Source: Takakia lepidozioides (Eukaryota > Plantae > Bryophyta). From it: a DNA stretch of 64,000 bases. The position numbers and the translations under genes were made by a program. The DNA lies in the NCBI GenBank assembly GCA_030704615.1, contig CM060734.1:58156001-58220000 (forward strand), given 5' to 3'. The notes beneath the pieces were generated by a model. That model worked only from the letters and a program-made list of their open reading frames with translations, was not told the DNA's origin and did not search any database. Below, piece after piece: positions 52,097-64,000 of the stretch; positions within the stretch are counted from its first letter, which is position 1; each line of letters begins with the position of its first letter.

Positions 52097-55000
52097 CACA
52101 ATTGCTCTGGCTTTCCAATGCCTCAGAGGGAAAATATAAAACAGCACAGCAACTTCAATCCTACAGGTGCAGTGAGGAAAGGTGGATGTGTACCCTCCGA
52201 GAATTTTCAACTCTAGCTTGTGGACGAAGACAGAGGAAGGAAAACGCACTTGTGGAACGAGTGGTTAGAGGAAGTAACGACCGCGAACGCAGACTGAAGA
52301 GAGCGACACTTGTGGAATGAACAAGAATGAAGCAACGGGGACAACTGTCCCGGGTGTCCCACGCTCCCACACTTGTGAAATTCCACACTTGACACGTGTA
52401 CTCTATCACGACACGTGTGAAGTCTCACAGTTGACCGCTGTACACACCACCGAAACAACCCAAGTGGCACCCCCATTCTTTGCTTTGGACCTTACAGCAA
52501 CCATGATAAGGGGACCCTTTACTTCACTTGCTTGGAGAGGTCCACGTCCAAGCCTTTTGGTTTCTCTTTGGAGCCCTCCTGGTCCCCCGGAGAGTGGTTT
52601 TTTCAAAGTCCTCTAAATTGTGGAATTCTGGGCTCTAAGGGTTATAATCCCAACCCTTAGATACTTTCCAGGTCCACAAGGTATGTGGCCTGCTAGAGGG
52701 AGCTCACATAGCATGGAGAGGGCGCAGAGCAGGAATTCCTTGAGTATGTAGAAATGGCACTTAGTTTTCCAACGTTTTCATCTCCTTTCCATTATGTTGT
52801 GAACCCATGCCACTAAGAGCATGCGCCAATGCACGATACTCTGCAGGGATGCCTCGGCGTGAGCCTGGTCACGTGAGCGCGTGAGCGCGACTGCGCTCAC
52901 GCCACGTCACCTTGCGCAAATGCCACGTCACGGGTCTCAGTCCACGTCATCACACGTGGAGGCCGAGTCACCACGCACCCAGAAAGAAGTGGAGTGTATT
53001 CCCGCGGATTGGCACCCTTTACCGCGGAACAAGCTGGACGACATAATAAAAGGCATTGAATAAATGATGGATGAATGTACAGTTGGATGATAAACAGATG
53101 GATGAGTTTGAAAAATCTATGTAGATGGATGAATGACGGATGGATAAGAGTAAAATGGATGAATGTATAATGGATGTTGAGCAATGACAAAAATTCATGA
53201 CAGGAAGATGCATGACCAAATCTTTTGACGAATGCACAAAGTATATGAAATGAGTGTGGAAGGTTTGTGGGGTGGATTAAAGAGTACAGAGGATGAATGT
53301 ACAATGGATGTTGTACAAAGGAAGCTTTCATGAATGGAGCACGCATGAATACAGTGTAGATGAATGCACAATGGATATGAGAAGAGTCAGGAAGGTTTGT
53401 GAGATGGATTCATACATATAGCAATTTAAACGAAAGTTGATTCTGTGATTATTATTTGTTCTAAAGGAACAACTACGGTAGAGTAAGGGGATTCAACGTT
53501 TCCAGATAATATGAAAATGAATATTAAAAGAATACAGTTCAGTCTGACTCAGAGTCAGTACAATGTATCCCCTCTTCCTCTGCATCTAAGTCTAAGTATT
53601 TTAGAACACCGGATCCACGCGGAATACACCTACGGCTGGCCACTAAAAAGTCAGGGGATAGAGACTCGGACGCGTGAAGTGCCATTGCTTCGGCATAAAC
53701 AGGGAGCAGAAAATTGGAAAGGGGGCTGTCGAAAACAGACTCGCCAGAAATGACTGTATCTCCTGAAGATCCACCGCTGGCTTTCCTGAAAGACAGCCTG
53801 AAAAAGTTATTACTGTAACTTTGATGTTATCGAGAAATTGAGTATGACTCACAAAGAGGGTTTAGCACTTACTCACATGAAAAGTCGTTGTCGACCTGCT
53901 TATCTTCGGGATCGTCATCATTTCGAATATGAATCCGATCAGTCTGTGTGCCTGAAGTGGAGCCAGACAAAAGGGGGAGGAGCACTGTGTTGTAGAGGTC
54001 AGAATCACCCTCCATACCAAAAAGGCTTCTTCCGCCTGCCTTGCATGCGTGGTAAGTTGCTCCTGCACCAGACAGGAGAACATAAACAGTTTGGAGGAGG
54101 GGATTTAAGCAGATGAAACTGTTGAAAGGAAACCAATTCGGAAGGGAGAAAACGAACCTGTGGACACAGAAAGATCGACAACCCGTGCAGAGCGGTGGCT
54201 GCATGACTCCAGCAGTATTTGCATGAATGCTGGTGACTTTTCCTTTGCACCTCTCCAGGGAGTGCCATCTGGTCTCTTCAGAGTCTGACTGGACTGCATG
54301 AAGTTGTACAAAATGTCATCGACATGGGGCTCATAGGGGGGGTTGACGAAACAACCCTGGTCAGAAATCTCAAAGCTGCGGATGGAGGATGGTGTCTTTG
54401 ATGTGCGAATCCTCCGCATGCAGATCGCCTCGAACATCCTCGTCTGCCAAAGATAGCAGGTTAGTGTGGTAAACACAATCTAAAGTGGAAGTGTGTACAT
54501 CGGCTATTCAGAACTCTGACACCAAAAAACCATGAATCGTTGATGATCGGTGTCGATCATAAAACATTCTACTAGAGTGGAGCTGCAGAGAAAATTGAAA
54601 CTCATGATCAAAGCATAAGCAGAAGGCAGACGGCATACCAGCTGACCAGGGAAACCGCCTTTCACAAGGTAGAGGCTGTTCACACAATTCCATGTGCGCA
54701 AAACTTCAAACCCTGAAGACTTGAGGTATGATGCCAATGCCCGACGACTATCATTGTCACATGACTGAAAAAGCAGAAGTGTCCCTGCATCAGAGAGGAA
54801 ATTGTTACAGAACCCGAATACCCAACTCCAGTAGTTGTCCTCGAATTTGTTCCACCCTGGCGTCTTGCCCTTTGGAAGAACTTCTGGCACAGCCTGGCCA
54901 TCCGGGATGTCGAGAATGACAATGTCGGCCGCATAAATTTTCTGCACACCGCACACGAAGGTGGGACCTGTGCTCACCTGCAACAGACATGTTTTTTATA

Positions 55001-55882
55001 AGAACGATGGCAAGAATGTTTTCAAAGAACGAGACTGAAATACTGCCAACGAAACATTCAGAGAAAAAGGAAAGAAAATGGAATTCTCACCAGATTGAGG
55101 AATGAGATTATATTGTCCCAGGTAGGGGATGGCACCCCAGTGTATCCTCTCTTTCGACTCTGCATCATCGAAAGCCAACCCTCATTAACAATTTTCATCT
55201 CTCCTGCTGAATCAGAACGGGAAGGGTGTGGCTTGGCATCGAACACGCACTGAAGAGTGCGGGTATATCTTCCAGCAGTAAAGTCCTGCCCACTCTCCAT
55301 CTCCTTTTCATTCTCCTTCCCCTTGTCCTTTTCCTTCTCTTTGGACTTGTCTTTGTCCTTTGGCTTTGCTGGTGAGATGGCTATGACATCAACAGCCTTG
55401 TCTTTTGGTTTGCGGCCCGCCTTCTTTCCCTTCTGCGGCGTTCCCTGAGCATCAGGCTCCTTGGCAGCCAAGGTTGCTATGTTTCGTTGATACTCTTCGT
55501 CAGTCAAAGGCGCCAGCATCTCAGCGTTATTGTTCAAGTATTTCATATGCTGTTCTTGAAAGGTCGTGTGCTCAGGTGGGCAGTCAAGGTACCACCCACA
55601 GTCTCTGAAGTGAGAAGGACTCCAGTCCTTCAATATCCCTGCAGTATACATGGTTGGATCGTTTGCAGGGTCCGACCACATGTCAAGATAGTCGGGAATT
55701 CCGCTCAGGTGATTTCCTTCCATAAGCACATATTTCGTGTACCTGAAAAAAGGAGATGAATCCCAACCCACAAAAGCGCTCAGTGAGTAAGATGCAAGTA
55801 GAACAGAAAGAATAAAACATGGATTGAAATGGCTCTGACAACTGCTCCAAGGACCTTTCAGGACCACACTACTGCTCCAGAT

Positions 55883-56606
55883 ATGAATGTCGTCAACGCC
55901 ATTCAGAACATTCCATTCCATGACACTGTAAATACATCCTAATCCAGGTGAATGCAAATAAGCGATTAGAAATGACACAGACATAGAAGTGAATGTCGTC
56001 AACGACATTCAAGAATGAAGCCAAATTATTACTGAAATGAAGCAAAATCACAGGATGGAAATAAAAAAATTGAGTAAGGAACCATCCAGGAAAACTCAAT
56101 GCACATTCATAACGAACCTATCACTGAGGACCTCACAACATCACTGTATGTGAATGGCGTCAACGCCATTCACAAAAATACAAAAAAGAAACCAATTACT
56201 TAGCTCCCCAATCCATGAAATTGAATTTGTCGTTTTTTAATAATACAGACACAGCTGTGAATGTCGTTAACGACATTCACTTTGGATTTCTTAAAACAGA
56301 GCTTATGAAGCCTCCATATTCATCGCAAGAGGAAAAAACAATGCAGAACAACTGAATGTCTGCATTGACATTCAGCAAAATGAAGTGATCAACCCTCATT
56401 GTATCCTCTATGGACATTACAAAAATTAAATAACCTTGAGGACCGCACAACAACTCCGTATGTGAATGTCGTCAACGCCATTCAAGGACATTATCAATTC
56501 TAATCAGGGACAATATAATTGCACCCTTAGATCCTAACCAGGTGAATTCATATACTCGCTTAAGAATGACTCAGACAAAGAAGTGAATGTCGTCAACGAC
56601 ATTCAA
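55883..56606. repeat. Intron-5 array of seven 24-bp palindromes (copy A)
   Basis: Units at 55883, 55989, 56150, 56257 (perfect palindrome GTGAATGTCGTTAACGACATTCAC), 56352, 56462 and 56583. Confidence 0.88.
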
Positions 56607-58475
56607 TCTGGATCTAAGATTGCAATCCATATGAAGCCACAATTTTTCCCAAAAAAACAGTAGAGTTTCAAGTATGACATTTCACCTGTACACAACTCGC
56701 ATCATGGCCCACTCTCCTCCAACCTGACTGTCAAAGTCGTTGGACCGTAAAATGTTACCATCTTTGGAGAACTCCCGGAAAAAACAGTATCTCCAGGTGA
56801 GACCTCTCCACTTCCTTATGTATGCCTCCAATGACATTTGGGGAGGGGAAACAATCGCAATGTTCAGGTCCTTCAAAGTCTGATCCAGCACAATGACGGC
56901 GCGCTTTTCGAGCTGCAAATAGAATATTTGTCAGAATTGCAAAAAAGAAACACATCACATACTTGAAGATAAGAAACAGCATGTTCGAATACACACCTGA
57001 CTCCAAAATGTAGCCTTGTGGAGCCAGTTATCAAACACCAAATCACTGATTCCTTCCACCTTTGTGCCAGGCTGTATGGTGCTCTTTGGGAACTGATTCA
57101 AGTCCTTTACTGTTTGATCTGAGTTCCATATCTCCAGCCACCTTATTTTTTTTGTGGGTCGACCATCGATATGGCCAGCCGGTGCAATTTCTCCTGCTGC
57201 ATCTCCGGATGCACATGCTTGTCATAGTGTGTTTTGATCTGCTGAAGGAACTCAGGACCAAGTCCAGGATCTACTATTCTAAGCTGCTTTCCGAAGGCTG
57301 ACATCAATTTGGTTCTTCGCATCTCAAACTCCTTCTTTATTGCAGCTTCCACACCCTTTGATGTCCTTAGTTCCTCTGGTGTAGTGCGGTAATATTCGGA
57401 TTTTCCCTTCTCAGCTGCCTCTGCCAGTTCTTGCTGCATTCATTCAAGTAGTGATTAGCTCCGAAGGGACTCTAAACATGTATTCGAAAAGTAAACAGAT
57501 TACAGACTCGGGCTTACCGCATACATGTACTCCAGAAACGCCTCTCGTGTCAAAGAATACCAAGTGCCTGCAGCTCTTCCTGTTTCGCACTTCTTGATGA
57601 TATTGGGTGGTAGTACTGTCCGAAAATCATCCAGCTTCATCAGACCAATCCTCTGAATTCGGAATAGTGTGTGAACCAAGCTTGTTGTCACATGCGATTT
57701 CTCTGTCGATCTGCAAAAACATTGAAAACATTGCATTCCTTAACACTGTTTTTTGAGGATCAACAAGACACTACAGAGGGAATCAAATCTCCTGGATGAC
57801 TTACTTGTTCACGTCGTGCATAGCTGTAAGAAGCCTAGCGATGTCGTTTCCTGGATCCAAAACCATTGCCTCCACAGCAACATGCTTGTCTTTGTCTTTC
57901 GAATGGTGTTTCTGAATGTATCCCATCCATGCCAGCAATCGGTGGTTGCCGTCCCAGACGTAGAACATGTGGTTGCAAAATTGCTGGGTGTTCTTTCCCA
58001 TCATGAGGCCCAGCTCGAACTCCTCATTGGCATCTTTCCAGCACTCATCCCAGTTATCACTGATCTCTGGAGAAACTAATGTGCTTTTCCCATTTATATC
58101 CGTCAGGGACACATAAAAAACTTGTGCACCAAGTCTATATCCATGCACAAAATCACTCTCCAATTTTGTTATGTCATGGGAAAGAGGTGGACGCACAACA
58201 GGCATTGATATCATCCGGCACAGAGGTATGTCCAGACGCCCTCCAGATACGAGCATGTCCCTTATAACCTCCTGAGAGTTTACCTTCTGGAATGACATGA
58301 GTTCTTTCACCTTGTCAAGGTAGTGCACTTCGGATTCATCTGCTTCATCTGTATTCTCTGAGCTTTTTGCGGACTCGTCCCCATCTCCAGATCCTTTCCC
58401 CTCTGATCCTGTAGGCTTCGACCTCACAGTTTTCTGCACGATGCCATTCAGTTCTGACTAAGTCATTTGCAAATA

Positions 58476-58796
58476 GTGAATGGCGGTAACGACAATCACT
58501 CTGTATCAAGGAAACTCACCATGAATGGTGTGAAAGAATTCAGCACAATCTACAGATGCAAAGCCGAGACTGCCGTATTCAAAACAAAAGTGAGAGCGAT
58601 AGCGAACGGCGTTAACGACAATCACAAAAGATAACAACCTGCCGGATCGGTGTTGTGAAATGACATATATGTGCAACTGATTGGCGGCAACGACATTCAG
58701 TATAGTTTAGGGAGAATAGTAAGTGCAGACTCTCTCTTCAAACACATAGGTACATAAATCTCATGAGCAGAATCGAATGGCGTTAACGACGCTCGC
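58476..58796. repeat. Intron-1 array of four degenerate copies of the same palindrome
   Basis: Units at 58476, 58602, 58677 and 58773 (e.g. GTGAATGGCGGTAACGACAATCAC). Confidence 0.7.
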
Positions 58797-59173
58797 GATT
58801 CAGTAGTTCCTGCTAAAGAATGGAAGAGGAAGGACTCCTTGAAAGGCAATCACATAGACTATATGATAAAACTTACTGGCACCTTCTTAGGTTTTGAACT
58901 TTGATCCCCTTCTGCAGCTTTCCTCTTCCCTCTCACATCTGCTGGAGTTTCTGTCTGCGCAAGGGTTTCTTGACCTTCTTCAGGTTCGGCGTTCCGCGTG
59001 CTTCCACCTTCTTCAGTGTCCCTGCGATTCATCTCTGCCTCCACAGGCTGGCGCACTCTTATCGCCGGCTGTGTCGCAGCCGCTGCCTCAGTCTCCGTCT
59101 GCTCTTGTGAATTAGTCTCCGCGTTCACCTGCTGCCTTGGCCCTGTGTTCTCCAACAAACGACGCCTCGTCAT

Positions 59174-60029
59174 TTTCTCTCTTGCTCTGCGTCTCTCTCT
59201 AAGGGAAGTAAAATAAAGAGACTTTCTTCTCTTTCGTATTCTAGAAGGAACCCTCTCCAGCTTGACTACCACTCTCCCTCTAAGCGCGAAAAGTAGAAAA
59301 ACGCAGTGACTCCCGATTTCTTGCGGGATAACCTGTGTTCTTGCGTGTCTCTAGAAGCATCGGATTCCCTCCCGCGTGACCGTTACACATAGTCGTTTCG
59401 ATATTAGTGCACATGCCAGCAATTGGTGTACAGCTGTTCGTATTCAGTTATGGATGTCTGACGTGTGCCGCCCAAAACAAAACGGCGTGTTCTAAATTAT
59501 AACTGGTTCAATATTTAAAAAGAACAGCGAATCCCAGAAATTGATGCGCAGTCTTAAACAAATAAATATAAATGAACGAGAGTTTGATGACAAATTTTGG
59601 AATATCATACACGGTCATCCTTGTTATCCAAACCCCACATTCGTTGCACATTTGGAACTTTCCAAGGTGCGCATGATCATTGGTAGTAGTATATAGATAC
59701 ATTTACTTAATCTGCAATCCCATTCTCGGATCCTGTGGCATGCTTCCAGGAAGTCGGCTTTGTTATTGGGTTTATTGATGAGGTTCTGATTAACGGTTTA
59801 ACAGTTGCCGACACTGCCCCTATGGATTCTCTGACCACTGGGCCCACAAGAAAAATAATTAAAATGGACGGCTGCATATCTGGAATGAATAACAGAATAT
59901 GCACAGTCGTTATCTGAGCTTCCTCCGCCATATGCTCTGCTCATTCTTCAACTGTGTTCTGGAGACAGCAGTAAACCGATTTACACTAGATCTGCGATAG
60001 CAAGGTACAAACATACTCGAGGAAGGAAG
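59174..60029. promoter_or_regulatory. Putative bidirectional promoter between the cargo gene and the transposase
   Basis: About 850 bp between two divergent ATGs; non-coding blocks are conserved with copy B (10660-11000 and 13320-13800). Confidence 0.5.
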
Positions 60030-63000
60030 ATGGCTTCCTCTGAAGCGGAGTTCTTCTCAGACGACAAACCAGTGCCGTTCTCCCAGGAAGTCCTTGACAA
60101 TGGATTTGCAATTGTTCTGGAACATGTCTTGGCTACCCGTTTTCAGCTGCAGAATGGCTCCATCTTTTTGGAGAAAGAGGTTTACGATCTGAAAGGGAAG
60201 TTGGTGAAATATTCTTTCCAAAACCGTGATGAGACGGCTCATATCAGCCAGTGGAGAGTGCGTCCTGGTCGATACAGAGTACTTGGAGAGCCTCGGCGAA
60301 AGTCCCTTGGGTCATATGTGACGCCCGGGACTGCTGCTTCGGTCGTTGAAGACAAGAGGGAGGTGGTGGTGAAAAAAGAACAGACGTCCTCCACTCCAAT
60401 CGTTGAGCTTTCGGATTCATCCGATGATGACATAAGTGAAATTCCAAATCCAGTCCTTCCTACTGTGGTTGCAGAAGCTGATGAAGAAGAGATTTGTAGT
60501 GTCATTCCAAAATTGCGGGCGATGGGAGGAATGGCTGGATTCAAAAGCGAGTTGCGGGGAATTGATTGGGAATCTTTGAAGCAGGTGCCTGTGAAGTTCT
60601 TGCCGGAGACTTTTGATGGCGATATCCTATTCGAGCTGCCTCCTCCTCCGCGAGTTGGAGGTGTAACAATCATGATGCATGGAATGGACAAGAAACACGA
60701 CGGGCACCCGTGGTGCAGAACAAAAACATCCAATATTCAGAATGATGACAAGCTTGTTTTCAGGAGGACAGTTTGCAATGGACACCTTAGGTGTGATAAT
60801 TTGAATTGCAGACACTTTCTTCAGTCTGGAGTTCATAATCAAAGCGAATGGGAGGGTCTGGCAGAGAATCCATTTCAGCCTGGGACTGCCCCTCCACCGG
60901 CAAACACTTTCGTCTGCAAATTCTGCAAACTTGTGCCATCCTGCTTGGCGCTCTGCGGAGCAAGAATGTACTATGTTGTCCACCGTTTGAATACAATGAC
61001 GAGAGCTTGTGTGCATTTTGGATTCCATAACCATCCTGTCTCGAAGGGGGATTACAGGGAGAGTGTTGAGACAGTATCGAGGTTGATCAAACAGGAGTTC
61101 GGGAGAAACCCATCCGCAACAACATCTGCAATTGCTCTTGGCGCAAGCAAGTCCTTCTTGGAAAGCCATATTTTGAGTGAAGGAGATTCTGTGGGGACTA
61201 AACTTGACGGTGCAGCATTGGACCTGGTCATGGATCATTTCTCCACTTTAAGTTCACCTAACATTCGGCATCAGATCAATGCATTGAGAATGGGCTCTGG
61301 GATCAGAGGCTACATAGACAATATTTTGGAATTGAAACGACTGAGCAAGTACGATTACATCCAGGACAATGTATTCCCAGGTCAAGGTGCCATCAAAGTT
61401 TTTCTTTTCAAAATGTCGACTGTTGGGGAGGGCAGTGGGGTTAGCCTCGTGAAGCGGATGCAGAAGACTGGGGACTTGCAGAACTGTTTTCTTATGTTTG
61501 ATCATGTGAAACGAGTGAAGGATTGGACGACAATGGCTTGTCATGTCTACGATCCAGTGTACCAACGAGTTATGACAATTGCAGTTTGTGACATGCAATC
61601 CGAGGATACGGAATCCCAGAAGCTCATGTGGAATTCCCTGATACGTGTCATGGGCTGCCATGGGCTGCCATCTCCAAATTTCGCAGGTTTCATGGCGGAT
61701 AGTGCTCAAGCAAATTTCAATGCTATTCGTATTGTCTTCGGATCGGGCGACCCAAAAGTGCCTATGCCAGGAAGAGAGCGTACATGTCTATTCCATTGGA
61801 CACAATCTCTGGAAAAACATACAAAGTCGGACATCAAACCAGAGATGTAGACTCAGCACCGTAAATTGTGCAAAGAGTACAAAGATGCTAGAACAATGAA
61901 GGAGGCGGACACTTTGTTCCAGACAATTCGTGCCTGGTGGTTCTCTTCTGGAGCTGCATCACTTGAGAGTATGAGAGCATTGGAAGATTGGCTGGCGTTT
62001 TGGCACTTCCGGTATAGACAGTGGGGAGCAGCCATGACAATGGTACGAGGCTTCTATTTCATGCTTTATTCATACATTTGCTTTCCATATTTTTGTTGCT
62101 TTCTTTATGTTGTTTCCTGTGCACTATTCTGAAGTGTGGTTATCCTCTTTGCAGAACATGTCCATTGAGGAAATGGCAGACATGCCATCTTGCAATTTGG
62201 CAGAAACTGTGCACAATGCATGGTTGCAGCAGTCTGGGAAAAGAGGTCGGGATTTGTATGTGGCAACAACAGATGATTTGATACGTGCCTTGCAACAACA
62301 AACCCGATACCGTGATTTCTTACGAGGTGGGGTTGGTGGCAAGGGTCCGGACAAATCGGAGTTGATGTTGCGTGCTGCAAACAGATCTGGGGATCCAATC
62401 AAGATAGCACGGGCGGTGAGCATGTATGCCCAGGGAACGCCACTTGTTTCTAGAGTTCCACATCTTGAAGGGGAGGAGAGATTCGGCTCCTGTAAGAGGA
62501 AATTGAACACTCCACCTGGTTCGGATTCAGATTCCCACAGGGCAGACCGTGATAACTTCTCGAAGCCTCGTGTTCCCCTGCATGACAGCTCCGTGTCCGG
62601 AACCTCCATTGTGGAGGAACCTCCAACACGACGGCAAGCTCCAGCATCAAACCGTGCCACTGAAATGGTGCAGGAGAGAAACAACCCCCTTGATGTGCTT
62701 GAGTCCGCATGCCCCGACCACGTTTGGCACATAGAACGCACAAGTGTCGGGTCTCGTGTGAAATGTACAGCGATCAGGGCAACTAATTTCGAGAAGTGCA
62801 CTTCATCTATATCCAGAGGTGGTGCCCGAACTCCTGCTCCGACTTTCACGGGCTTGATGCGTCCATACGGTCAACCAGAAGCCAAGAACCACAAGTTCTG
62901 GTTCTGCGCAGATGATTGTGCCAGATGTGTGCATGGAACTGTGCGTCCTTCCGTAGTGATGAAGCCATCTCCTCCAACCGTTTGGCCCGTGAAGGTGGGA

Positions 63001-63539
63001 ACACATCTCAACTTTCAGGAGATTGAAATGCTGGAGGAGGCAGGTTTTTCCCTTGCGAGACAACCCCAACTCCATGCATGTGCTACTACTCCTGCGTCCT
63101 CCCGGGTCCCCCGGCAAATCCTGACTTGTGGCCAACCAAACGAGATGGAAAGCTCGTTCGGCGTTTCCCTCCAACCGCTGAACACTTTGGCAAAGTGGAG
63201 TCCGCAAGAATGCTCCAAGCTCGTGTTGGAAGCACCACGGAAGTACCCGATCCAGGATATGGTCGGGTATTCACAATCATCACTTCCACATCTGCTGTTC
63301 ATGACAGGACCTACGACATCACGGTTTCCAATTTCCCCAATTGCACATGTCCTGATTTTGTGAATATGCTATCAACCAGTTTGGGCAAGAGAGGTAAATT
63401 CATACCCTGCAAACATTTGTATTTCATATTTTTGAGGAGGATGGTTTGCGATCCCAAACGTGACAACTTCATTCACCAGGCCACTATGAGTTTCAACGAG
63501 GTCGATACTCTTTTGCAGCGGGATACAACACATGGGTAG
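60030..63539 (+). pseudogene. MULE-type DDE transposase with an N-terminal Cys/His (GCM/WRKY-like) Zn domain and a C-terminal SWIM finger; intron 62043-62155
   Basis: MFDHVKR (D1), FMADSAQA (D2), CLFHW (CxxH), CNLAETVHN (E) and SWIM CTCPDF...PCKHL; N-terminal C-x-G...C...C..C...H-x-H. In-frame TAG at 61848 and a frameshift near 63070-63100. Confidence 0.8.
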
Positions 63540-64000
63540 CATGAACTATGTAATGTGGTATGTGGATGACCATGGTTTGAAATGTGTAATTCACATCAAT
63601 TCGTCGGCTGTGCAATGATATGGCCTCCAACTATACGGAGTGAGGTCTGAGTGACAACTTTTAGGTAGTGCACATTTGTCATTGCACCGTTCGAAGTCTA
63701 CATGTCTTGCTGTCGCTATGCACTACAATCATCTTTTGAAGATGATCATAACTCTCATTGTTATTTGAGGAGGGAGGAAGTCTTCTCGTGGCAGCCTTTA
63801 TGGCGCACACTTTGTGAGGATATTTTGTCGTCTTCGTAATTGTAAAAGTGAAACAAACATTTGTAATTGCACAATGTTGGATGCTGCAATTGTAGGCCTC
63901 AACGCTCGTCTTGATTCTATTTAGGCAAGATTCCCTGCATTAATTCCACGGTCATAGGACCATCCACGGTTATAGGCGGCGCATGTTAATGCTGACGTGG

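Larger units (their letters stand above)
53539..59173 (-). pseudogene. Transposon cargo gene: ParB/Srx-like domain plus beta-class amino-(N4C/N6A) DNA-methyltransferase-like domain, about 1180 aa, 10 exons (59173-58877, 58457-57805, 57710-57518, ~57472-56997, 56912-56686, 55742-55091, 54977-54639, 54443-54158, 54062-53873, 53785-53539); apparent frameshifts in exon 4
   Basis: Phase-consistent GT-AG splice sites, mostly conserved in copy B. ParB-like FYVWDGNHRLLAW. MTase-like order DIVILDIPDG (IV), FLSDAGTLLLF (VI), GFEVLRTW (VII), EKSPAFMQILLESCS (X), RVVDLSVSTGAT (I), ACKAGGRSLFGMEGD (II/III). Confidence 0.7.
52844..64000. mobile_element. Large Mutator-like (MULE) DNA transposon, copy A, with divergent transposase and ParB/MTase cargo gene; right end outside the window
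   Basis: Left end CAGGGATGCCTCGGCGTGAG is defined by the shared homology boundary with copy B (24369). CCACGTCA subterminal motifs at 52902-52950 are mirrored by TGACGTGG at 63993-64000. Confidence 0.8.

Noticed and set aside
60239-62849. Long antisense ORFs over the transposase (164-241 aa)
   Set aside because: They are shadow frames of the sense coding sequence and contain no motifs.
52844-64000. Bacterial or phage contamination as the source of the ParB/MTase motifs
   Set aside because: The gene has nine spliceosomal introns, occurs in several diverged copies, and is interrupted by plant LTR retrotransposons.

Overview
Eukaryotic, intron-rich land-plant DNA, probably from a non-seed plant such as a bryophyte (inferred from the transposon families and gene content). 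Bases 1-7724 hold the last 21 exons of a GCN1/ILITYHIA HEAT-repeat gene. The remainder is a nested, repeatedly inverted transposon cluster with two small host-like genes: an intronless secreted 3D-domain (MltA/DPBB-like) gene and a two-exon secreted cupin gene. The most notable object is a large (>11 kb) Mutator-like DNA transposon at 52844 to beyond 64000, with a shattered second copy at 10348-24369 and a diverged third fragment at 45229-45763. It carries a MULE/SWIM transposase head-to-head with a 10-exon cargo gene of about 1180 aa. The cargo protein has an N-terminal ParB/Srx-like motif (DGNHR) and a C-terminal beta-class N4C/N6A DNA-methyltransferase-like fold. The introns of that cargo gene contain regularly spaced arrays of a 24-bp palindrome (GTGAATGTCGTYAACGACATTCAC), which are candidate binding sites for an element-encoded protein. 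Two chromodomain Ty3/Gypsy copies are both inserted into members of this family, and each was later split by inversion. Sola/DUF7869-like, Copia, LINE, SINE and gag remnants and a 1.5-kb minisatellite are also present. All assignments were made by eye from motifs; no database searches were run.
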